NCBI GenBank assembly: GCA_030704615.1
Contig: CM060732.1
Coordinates: 18,228,001 to 18,292,000 of the forward strand
DNA from: Takakia lepidozioides
Taxonomy: Eukaryota; Plantae; Bryophyta
Reading direction: 5' to 3'
Length of the DNA stretch: 64,000 nt
The translations under genes and the position numbers were made by a program. Shown here piece by piece: positions 25,430 to 35,459 of this stretch; position 1 is the stretch's first letter; each line of letters opens with the position of its first letter. The notes beneath the pieces are model-generated. The model searched no databases, had not been told where the DNA came from, and saw only the letters and a program-made list of their open reading frames with translations.

Positions 25430-25570
25430 TGAGGTGCATGTTGTGTGGGTCTGCTAAAGGGGCAGCCACCATGCTGGTATGTGATCGGTGCTCTAGAGGT
25501 TGGCATATGGGATGCTTGACTCCACCTCTTGAGATGGTTCCGGATGGGGATTGGTTAGTCCACATTGCAT
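25430..25570 (+). CDS. PHD finger at the integrase C-terminus
   Basis: CMLC...MLVCDRCSRGWHMGCLTPPLEMVPDGDW, then tta-gt-cca-cat-tgc, one base short of L-C-P-H-C (C4HC3). Confidence 0.9.
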
Positions 25571-25823
25571 TGGATAGTGGGAGTGGATACAACCATGGAG
25601 GCTAACAGAAACGCAAGGCCCAGCTACTAGGAGACCTTGAACACACGAGATCTGGGCTCAAGTCATAGATTGCAAGACGGCGACTAACGATGGGGCTACT
25701 CTTGTACCCGGCCTCTTGGTTGATAGAGTTTGAGCTCGATAAAGACAGTGATAGAGGACTTAGTACGGCTGTGGCTATTACATCTTGTAGCTATCTGGAG
25801 GTAGGGGGACCTATCCACCAGCT

Positions 25824-25833
25824 AGGGGGGGAA
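25824..25833 (+). promoter_or_regulatory. Polypurine tract
   Basis: AGGGGGGGAA immediately followed by TG at 25834. Confidence 0.85.
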
Positions 25834-26368
25834 TGTGGGCGATTGGCTAGACTACTTATTGTGCATATATGTGTGGTGTGGTTTGGACAGCGATGTAGTT
25901 GTGTAGCGTATGTATGCGCACGACAGCTGTCAAGTTAAATAAGCACAGTGTGAAAAACAGCTAGAATAAAACTAGTTATTTGTATTTACACTGGATTTAG
26001 GTTCAAGTGTTAAATCAGGTGTCAAGTTTAGTTGACACCTGGTCAGGTTTATCTTCACGAGAGCGGCAGTCGCGCGGCTTCATCTCTCTCGAGTTGAGCC
26101 TGCGCGACCGAGCTCCTGCATGTTGAGGACTGAGTGTGCTTATGATGGGAGTGTAGGTTGTTGTGGGGTGGAGTCCCCATAGCTTGGGGTGCCCCTGGCT
26201 CGACTTCTATTTTAAAGAGTGACCTTGAGGGATTGATATTTCTGTGTTGAGAGTGTGTGTCCTTTTACAAGTTTGTTTATCATTGTGCTAGACTACTTTA
26301 TTGTGCATATATGTGTGGTGTGGTTTGGACAGCGATGTAGTTGTGTAGCGATATGTATGCGCACGACA
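25834..26368 (+). repeat. 3' terminal region Y1-X2-Y2
   Basis: Y1 25846-25925, GC spacer, X2 25928-26282, TTGT, Y2 26287-26368; Y1 and Y2 are near-identical copies of about 80 bp. Confidence 0.92.
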
Positions 26369-26600
26369 ATGGCAATTGACCTCCACCGGTGGCACCACAA
26401 TCTTTGCCAACTCCACATCCTCTATCCCCCGAGAATTTTTCTTCTTCTTCCCACCCTCTCCTTTCTTTGTAGCCTCCTTCCCCTGCTCCTTTGTTACCCC
26501 ACTGCCCTCCCCCGCATGCACACTCACCCCTTCGTCTCCGTGGGACTTCTGCTTCTTCTTCTTCTTCTTCTTCTTTTTCTTCCCCTTCTCCACGACCCCC
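26369..26600 (-). pseudogene. Upstream half of the split CACTA TnpA-like ORF
   Basis: Lys-rich stretch followed by NSRGIEDVELAKIVVPPVEVNCH, which continues in frame at 15612. Confidence 0.65.
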
Positions 26601-27439
26601 CTTCCCTTCCCTTCCCCGCTACTTCCTCTCTCTCCTTCTCCATCTCCCTTCTCTCTCTCTCCTCGGCAGCCCCTTCATTGATGGTAAAAGGGACCTCGGG
26701 AGGTCGAGGCCTCTTCTTCTTACCTTTGGTGTTCGGGTCCTTCATGAACACCACTTGCTCTCCCTCATTGGCAACCCCACCGGACTGCACCAATGAGGCC
26801 AAGAATGTTGCTGCCTCCTGAAGACGAATAACCCCCCCAAATTCAAAACAAGAAACAAATAACAAAGACATACATGCATGCAAAGGAAAGGACAAAACAT
26901 GGAATGGGCAAGGTGCGACAGTTGTACCTTTGCAAGCTTGGCCGACTTGGCCCCGGTGTCACCCGATGTGGCAGGAGTCCCCGTTGCCGGATGTGCCCGG
27001 GCTATCCCCTCCCGGAGCGCCATTGGAAGTAGATTCCAAATGTCGACCATAGCCGGCGGCGGCGCCCCGTAGTCCATGCCCTTTTTGCTGACCGCTCAGG
27101 CTAGAGCAGAGGTCGGTATAAAAGCATTACCAAATGCCTGCAAGTAGGCTCTATGAAATGAGCTGCTCCCGTACCCGCACAAATTTCACAAGAGGAGGCG
27201 CAGCAGAGGTGTATGACTCTACAATCCTTCCCGCATGAACAATTACTGAGGCACGCTAGGCTCTCCACCGGCCCGTAGCTCCTTCCCCCCCTCCCCTCCC
27301 ACAAATGTTCTGCAAGTTCGAGGGCCTCACCCGGCTTGACTAATTCGAGGCGCTTCCTCAACTCAGCCACCTCATTGGCCCTCCTCATCTCCTCTCCCTC
27401 ATCCTCAACATTGGGCTAGGAACGACCACTTCCAAAGGC

Positions 27440-28885
27440 TCTTGAACCTGACCTTGGGCCTTGGCAAGTGCAGCCTTCGCTGCGGAGGAAGGGGTCGCTA
27501 TAGGGGTGACATCCAAAAGTTGCCCATACCGGGCCCCCGAACGGGTGATGTACTTGCAAAGGTATATTTCGGGTGAAGGCAACCTACGGTGGCTCAGTGA
27601 TGACCAGATCATGGAGTGGATTCAAGGAACTTGTGAAAAGACAGTTTGTGCCTCTCAACGCGTCCTGGCTCGCCCATGACAAGATGATGAACTTGAAGCA
27701 AACGGATGACATTCGGGAATATGTTCAGGCTTTCAATGTGCTATTGCTCGAAGTCGCGGATATGGCGGAACCAGAAATAACTCTGTGGCGGGATTGGCCC
27801 CATGGGCCAAGCGGAAGTTGGAGGAGATGCCACCAAAGACTTTGAACGAGGCAATTGAAAGGGCTGAATGCTTCTCAGATGTCCCTAGGGGCGAAAGACA
27901 GGGCCGTACGAAGCTGAACCACAAGAAGGTCTGGCGGGAGGGTGACTCCTTTCGACCGAAAAAGAAGTGGGATAGGCCCCGCGGCGACAATGGCACATGG
28001 AAATCGAAAGGAAGGCCTTTGCACGTCAAGGCGGCAACTGGTGCTCCGAAAGAAAAATCAGGTGCGGCGGCTTATGGCGGACAGAGAAGGCGACCTTTGA
28101 TGGGGTGTGCTTTAATTGCGGGGAGCCCGGGCACATAGCCAAGAGGTGCCTGAAACCCTGACAATTGAACATGACTCGGGCAACCACGAAATTGTCCGAA
28201 GACTCCATCAGCCGCTTGGTGGAGATGGTGGTTGCCAAGACTGGCAAGGTAGACAACTACTCTTGTGAGTTATACCATGAGACGGGAGCTTTGCGTAAAT
28301 GAAGGCAGCTAATGTTCGTGTGCAGGATAATTTCCAGAATTGGGATCAAAATGGGATGACACAATGGCATGTGATTACACAAGATGGGATCAAAATGGAT
28401 GACAGAAAGGTGATGGCGATCTTGGACTGGGAACCTCCGACTTCGGTCTCGGGAGTGCAATCTTTTCTGGGACTCGCCTCCTACTACCAAAAATATGAGA
28501 GAAATTTCGCCAAGATCGCGGGGCCGCTGTCAGACCTTTTGTGTAAGTCCAAGGTATGGGTATGGAACACTTTTTGTGGCCAAGCTTTTGCCGAGTTGAA
28601 GCAGCGGATGGCGGAAGCTCCAGTCTTGAAGATCCTGGAGTTCGATCGTCCATTTGAGATTGGCCTACGCATGAGAAAGAAATGAAAGCGATGGTGCATT
28701 GCCTTGAGCTTTGGCGCCACTATGTTGGTTCCAACCCGGTGAAGGTGTTCACGGACAATGTCACGGTGAAAGTTTTTGCCACACAGCCTAAGTTGTCCCC
28801 AAAACAAATTAGGTGGCAAGAGACTTTGGCAGTGTTCGACGTGGATATCTAGTACAAACCGGGACGGGACAATGTGGTGCCGACT
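27440..28885 (+). mobile_element. Degenerate, internally deleted second Ty3/Gypsy element (gag, zinc knuckle, RT-RH pieces)
   Basis: KRQFVPLN..LKQTDDIREYVQAFN; CFNCG.PGHIAKRC near 28107; AILDWEPPTSVSGVQSFLGLASYY; EKEMKAMVHCLELWRHY, TDN, YKPGRDNVVP; stops and frameshifts, no LTR pair recognised. Confidence 0.85.
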
Positions 28886-31520
28886 TCCTCCAAGTCCCGA
28901 CCAAGGGTGGAGCCTCTCAAGCTCCAACCAGTGCACTCTTTTTGGCCACTTCAGGGCCAAGGAAAGATCTCCCCAGAGGATCGAATCGCTTTACTGCAAC
29001 AACATTGCTTGCGACCGCTCATGATGCCGCTTTTTGGCATCACCTTCAGCAAGGGTTCACCTTGAACCCTTTTTTTTACTAGGAAGATAACCTTGAACCA
29101 CCGTGCGCCCCAATCACTACAATTGGGTCCGCTTGGTGGAATGCTGGCCTGAGGTATGGGAACACGCCGAAGCCGCACTACGACTTCCTCCCAAGGCTAC
29201 ACGATTATAGTACGTGAACGGAAGCACGTAGCTTCCGTGTTAGCCCGCACTACAAGGCAACCCCCTCGGTAGCGCAGTTATAGTACGCGCACGTGCCAGG
29301 TGCGCACTAGCACGTGAACTCCCAAAGAAGACGCAAGTTTTCTTGCCCCTTGGATGGGAGTCACCCGATTTCGGCGCTGCGCAAACACACCATTTATCCA
29401 ATTTACCTCTCCCACTTTTGTAAGCTAGCATGCATTCTACACACTAGCCAACCATACCATGCATCATCATTCCAAACAAAATAGGAAGCACAACATTTGG
29501 AAACCATTTCATTTATAAACAAAATTTATATAACACAAGTTTTTGCAATCGGATTCCTGAGCTAGCTAAGCCGGACTAAGCATGCATTTCCTCCCCCACA
29601 ATCCAAGGTTGATGTCCCCATCACGCTTCTTCCGCTTTTGAGGTCGCCCTTCGAAAGCTGCAACCGCCTCGGATGCGTTTCCCATTTCTGAGGCACACAC
29701 CCAAGTTGCCTCCACTTGATGATAGCCCTTCCGTTTCACGGGATACTTTTTTTTTTTGTGCTTGGCAAGACTTTGCTTTGGTTAAGGTAGCAGTGTTGTG
29801 GTGCTGGCGGAGACCTCCCTGCACGGTTAGGCTTGTGGAGAGATGACGACTCTCCCCCAAACAGTAAAAAAAAGTTCTTTTTTGTTTGTCTTGCTTCCTT
29901 GCTTTCTTTGGCATTCTCTGCGCTTAGATTGAAGTGTATTTGACCTCGATAGCAAGTGTGGAAGCCTGCTACTCACCTCGTGCATCCTCACTAACTCACA
30001 ATGCATTGTGGTTGTTTTTGGGACGGGCACAGGTGAGGGCTTCCACTTAATATTCTAATGTCTAGGTGTTGTTGGATGCCAAGTGGGAATGCAGAACAGG
30101 GGAAGGAATCGCTTGCTAGGGACTCATCTTAAAATGTTGAAAAACTAAACTACTCTATGGTTTTTCTTGATCCTACCTCTTTCCTTCCTTTATTTTTGAA
30201 GAACAAGTGTAATGCTTTCTACGATGGGCTATTTTCGGCCCAACCAGTGGAAGACCTCTGTTTTGTTGTGACAGCCGGGTTTATGATGGCTTGTGTGTGA
30301 GACACACATCTGTTTTCCAGGCCCTAGTTTGCTTTGCTTACCTTATGGTAGTTGGAAACAAGTTGAGAGGCTGCAAGAAACTGTTTGTTGCAGCTATTCG
30401 GGTATCCATGTTGGTCCCTGTTATGTTCCAACCCGGATGGCTTTGTTAGCTAGATGCTCAGGCCAGGGTAAGTTGAAGATTCTGCCTGTGGATATTCGGC
30501 TGACAATGAAATATGGCAGCAATATATAACTGGTAACTGGTTTTTGAGGCAGCAAGGGTGGTCAAGTGGAAAATACCCCATGGACATGGTATAATGACAT
30601 GGTCAAATGTGGAATGATGTGAATAGGGTGTACTGACAGTATTATATACTGTCACATGATGTGTATGCAGTCCTTTATCTTTACCTTGCTGGGTCATGAA
30701 CTTTGATTTTCAGCTGTAGCAAGAAATAAAAGTATAGGGGTATTCTGGAAAACTTACCAGACATATCCACCTCCCCTGTGGGGGCAAGTTGTGCTGCAGA
30801 CCAGTCTAAGCAAATACTGGCAGGGCAAGGTATTTAAATCTGTGATATCCAAGTATTCCTTTCTATCTTTAAGAAAACCCTCCATGACACCCGTGGGGTT
30901 TTAGTAAGTATGCTTGGATTACAGCTTGCAGACAGTAAATCTGTATGATTATTTGACCTGCACCACATCAAGGCCAAAATATGGCCAAGTACCCGCCATC
31001 CCACCCAGACCTCTGAATGTGTATCATGATCATGAATGATGGGTCAATCAGCATCAGTGGCATACTCTTTGGGTTATGAATAATACTGACATGAACACAT
31101 TACTGTGCATGGATGTAATTCTGGATTTTCTAAGCTTGATGATTGATGGATGGTGCCACTGTTAAGTGGCTGATATGTCTGATTATTCTTCTTATTCATG
31201 ACAACGACCCTAGGGGTCCTGTCTTTGTCTTGACATGACAAAAAGTATCTTCCCTCTCTCACTGTCCAGTATGCTTAGTGATTTATGCATACACTATCCA
31301 TTGATTACCATGCTGATTTTCCAGCCTTTGTGCAGAACCCCACCAAGATCACTCCGGAATGGATTGATGAGTTGCAGACCTTGGGGTACTAGCTCCGGCT
31401 GCTTCCTCCAATCCCTGTTATTCAAGTTCTGCAACCATGGTTCATACCAGGTATGTTTTTCTCCAGCAGACCAATGGTTTGGGCATGGAGAATAGATAAG
31501 CACAGGGCATAACAGACTTA

Positions 31521-31942
31521 TGAATGATGATATTATGAGCTAGGCCCTGGTAAGATAGTATACTCGAGTATATGTACACACCTTCTACATGATCCGGTCA
31601 CTGTACATTACTCTTACTAATTGTCCCCTGTAGCCAATGCCTTATATCAATATTTAGTTTGTCTGCGGCTCAAATGCTTTTTGGCTTCTCCTGGATGTGG
31701 CTTTGCTCTTAGTAGCACCACACAAACAGACCCCTGAATGCTGATATCATGAGCTAGGCCCTGGTAAGACAGTATACTGGAGCATATGTACACACCTTCT
31801 ACATGATCCGGTCACTGTACATCGTTCTTGCTAACTGATCCCCTGTAGCCAATGCCTTATGTCAGAATTTAGTTGGTCTTCGGCTCACATGCTTTTTGGC
31901 TTCTCCTGGATGTGGCTTCGCTCTTTGTAGCACCACACAAAA
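31521..31942. repeat. Tandem duplication, two copies, period about 214 bp
   Basis: tgaatg.tgatat.atgagctaggccctggtaaga...agcaccacacaaa at 31521 and again at 31735. Confidence 0.9.
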
Positions 31943-33013
31943 ATGCGGGCGTTTGGGTGTGATTTTTGACTGCCTAAATATGGTGTGTCATTTTCCTTGA
32001 AAGCAGATATGCTTGTGATGGTGGAGTTCCCAAAAAACCAGACTAAGTAAATACCATGGTTTCTTACACCTGTGATTTCTTCTATAACTAGTTCCTTTTG
32101 GGGTCTATGCTTAGTACATACCCCAGCAATATGCTCGATTTCATATGCTTGCTCTGATTACCCAGCTTGCATAAGGGATAGCTTGATAATCCTCTATGGT
32201 ACACCTTCCGAAGGATTTGCTAATGAGCAAGGAGAGGTTAACCTTTTGGAGAAGGAGTCTGGTATGCACTCCCTTACGGGATGAGTGCATACCACACTCA
32301 CTCCGTAAGGGCCTGCCATATCAGGGGCTGGATGGTGGGATTCCCTCTTTCTCCCTCTCTCTCCCTCTGGAAACTGGGTTTATGGAATTGTTGTCCAGAG
32401 TTCCATCTTTGAAAAATTTGAAAAATTGGGTTGCAGGGAATTTTGGATGTTTTTCATCCAAAATACATTTTTTTCCATAGTGAAACATTTCTTCACTAAT
32501 ACCTGTGAGGTTTTTATCCGTCGAGTTCAAGACAAGATGAACGCACGATGTCTTTCATCTTCCGCGAATGAGAAACGGACAACGTCCGTCGGGCATACAG
32601 ACTGGCGGATGTTTTTCATCCTGAGGAGGATGAATGACGGGCCAGACAGGGGAAAACCCTGCAACCCTAATGTCTTTCTTTTTGCGCTGCGAGAGCGCGC
32701 GCGATGGTGGCTTGGGAGGAGCGATGGTGCTCGTGCTGCAGATACCATGAGCTGCCAATCTTTGAGTGTTTATGGCTCCTGTGAGCGCCGCTTATGTGGG
32801 CTCTTTAAGAGGATGGCGGTGGCTTAGAGATGAGGGAAGATTCACTGTCTCATTTGTCTGTTTTTTTGCTGCACAAGGGAACCACGGCAGTGATGGCGGA
32901 GGTACCACCTACCTGCTGACAATGACAGCCTAGAACTCTTCTAGCAAACACCCTAACCTACTTATCACACTAGTTCCTATGTTAACTTGCGTATGCTTCC
33001 AACAGGCATACAC

Positions 33014-33110
33014 CTTTTTGCCTCGGTTGTCCCACCATTGACTGGGGTCAGAAAAGTATTCATTCCATAGCTTCTCCTCATCTCTATTACCTATTTTTGG
33101 ACACTTTCCT
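33014..33110 (-). pseudogene. Isolated exon-like fragment with an OSB/PDF-type motif
   Basis: EEKLWNEYFSDPSQWWDNRGKK followed by a GT donor; matches the first half of the plant organellar ssDNA-binding PDF motif; the rest of the gene was not found. Confidence 0.55.
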
Positions 33111-35459
33111 GTTGTCACATTGGCAGTATCATGTCAAAGTCACTCCAAACTAGATTCACTCAATCAGGTAACTTGCAGAATTCAACATTGAAGTGAAAGG
33201 CTCGCCCCTCCAGCCTAATCCATAACCCTAATAATCCAGCAGCACCAGTAAACCAGGACCACAAACCACCCATACCAACCACCTTTACAAACCACCATAC
33301 AAACCACCATACAAACCACCAGCAGAGAAGCAGCAATGAATTGAAACACCTAAACCGCTTTAATCAATTCAAACTAATTGAAACAGCTTTGGAACCAATG
33401 AATTGAAATGAGATGCTCCGCATCAGACAAGACAACACACTCACGAAACGTGACATGCAAGAAACAAATGGTGCTCTATAACCTCTGGAACGAAAGCGAG
33501 TGAGGAAACAGAAGCAAACCAACAGCGACGTGGGCGATGTTGACCAACAAAAGCAACAGCAAAACAAAAACAAAAACAAAAACAAATCAACAAACAAATC
33601 ACCAAGCACAGGACCAAACTGAAATAGCATAACAACAGCAAACCAGCATAACAAAACAAGCCAGAGCGAGCCACAGAGAATCACATCAAACCAGATAGAA
33701 ACTGTAAACAAGAACATTACCTGCTGGATGCCTAAGCCATTTTGGTGCCCCTGTTGCGACCTGAAACACCTGACCCTTAAGCTTCCACCGCTCTCCCCTC
33801 CGCTCTGCTTCCCTCCCGTCTCCCGTCTACACTTGAATCCGTTGCCTCCTTGCTTTCCTCCACTGCACTCTCACGCTGCACTGAACTGCTCTCTTCTCTC
33901 TGCTCTCATGGCACCCTGCACAACACGCTCTCTGCTCTTCACGCTCTCCCCTCTTCAAAACTCTCTCTTTTCTAGCGCTAGTCTCTCTTAGCAAGTCCGT
34001 AGCGCTTCCGCGTACACAATGGAGTGCCGAAAGGGTGGGTTGAACGAGCGCACCCCTTATATGGTGCCGTCGCAGAGGATCTGAACCATCGCGTCCTTTC
34101 GAAATCGAACATCCATGCAAATATCATCCAATTCATCCTTTCCATTCTATCCATCCATTTAACGAATGATTAGATGAAATGAAAAAACGGATGAATGAAC
34201 GAGAAAATATGACGTTAATGATCCCTTGCACAGGATCATCAATTATAACCCCGCTCGATATTTCCCATACCCCACACATGACGATAAATGAAATGTACAA
34301 ATCAGATCCTCCTGCGGCGTTTTTGCCGCTTGGAATTATTGCTCCTGACAATTTGTCTACATTCGGCAGATTCCGGCGTGGAATATTTCCTCTCTCACTC
34401 CTTTACGCCCGCCGCATTCTCTGCTGAGTGTCATAGCCGCACAATTTCATGAAACGCTTATCAACGGCATCAGGCATTGATCCACGAGGACAACATTGAA
34501 TGTGAAATACGTACTGCTTTATAAGCACGAGTACGAAACCATTGAACCTCCGTTATCGGCCGTTATCGTTCTGGCATCATAATTGTGACATAGGGTGCTA
34601 CCAGTAAATGACACTCATTTTTGAAATCGCTCAAGAGTGCACTCCTGCACCCGCCAAAACCGTTCGATTGTGGCGATATCGGATATCAACGGCGCCGGAA
34701 ATCGATCCGCGAGACAATGTATCGCACTATCCCATTGGAGGGGTTCCAGCGGGCAACCTGGTTTCCACCTCTATATAAGGTCCTAGTGCACACTGTACAA
34801 ACTTCTACCTCCATACCTCTCACTTGTAGATTGTGTTTCCTGCACCTCTCTGGTCATCTCCCACCTCACTGCCCATAGTGCACCTCTTTGAGCATCCTGT
34901 ACCTTTGTGGCCATCGCAGGTGCACCTCTCTGAATTTCCATAATCTCTCGTGTGAACTGCATTTTCTCCCGTAGGAAATGTTATGACATTTGTGTGTTTT
35001 TGATAGTCTGCAAGAAAATCTACTTATTTCTCATCTGCACATTTAGAAATTACAGTCCAATAGTCTCATTTCCCTGTATTTGTCCATCTCTCCAATTTCT
35101 GTATTTCGCCATCCCTCAAGTCGTGGACCTCCACTGGACAGTCGTGTCAATGCTCACATTCATCCGTCATTTCAATTATTCATCCACGTACCCATATTCA
35201 TCCACTAATATTCATCCGTCCGACTTTTTTCATCTGTATCTCATCCAACCTCCACTGCACAGTGGAGGTTATATAATCAGATTCCATCTTCACATTACAT
35301 GTTCCAGACCAAACAGTAATTTCATTTCTATTCTACTTCTCGAAAACGTTCTTACACGAGGGTATTTACTCTTTTTCTATTGATTCATCTCTGAATAGAA
35401 TTTTTATTCATACTGAAAACTTCTTTGGGTAAGGTTGTTACGGAGGGGTTTTCAGTTTC

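Larger units (their letters stand above)
15617..26368 (+). mobile_element. Full-length Ty3/Gypsy LTR retrotransposon with DNMT3-like methyltransferase and PHD finger; permuted terminal repeats
   Basis: TGTC...GACA ends; ATGG duplicated at 15613-15616 and 26369-26372; the host ORF rejoins in frame; domain order is Gag-PR-MTase-RT-RH-IN-PHD; near-identical repeats at 15617-15974 and 25928-26282. Confidence 0.95.
13663..26900 (-). mobile_element. CACTA (En/Spm)-like element remnant, interrupted by the Gypsy insertion; only one terminus seen, right boundary approximate
   Basis: CACTACAGGAAAA at 13663, followed by about 750 bp dense in GCGACG/CGTCGC subterminal repeats in both orientations. TnpA-like coding remnants on the - strand at about 14720-15000, 15360-15616 and 26369-26600. 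Confidence 0.65.

Noticed and set aside
15617-26282. Ordinary LTR pair X1/X2 as the element boundaries
   Set aside because: The flanks (CATGG versus TTGTG) give no TSD, the PPT is about 95 bp upstream of X2, and the host ORF rejoins only at 26369.
15617-26368. DIRS/Ngaro tyrosine-recombinase element, suggested by the split repeats and methyltransferase
   Set aside because: It encodes an aspartic protease and an HHCC-DDE integrase, has a TSD, and no tyrosine recombinase motif was seen.
29248-29260. CACTACAAGG as the second CACTA TIR
   Set aside because: Same orientation as 13663 and only a partial match; a closing TIR should read ...TGTAGTG.
33364-33717. Hydrophobic membrane protein ORF
   Set aside because: Translation of an (AAAC)-rich low-complexity tract.
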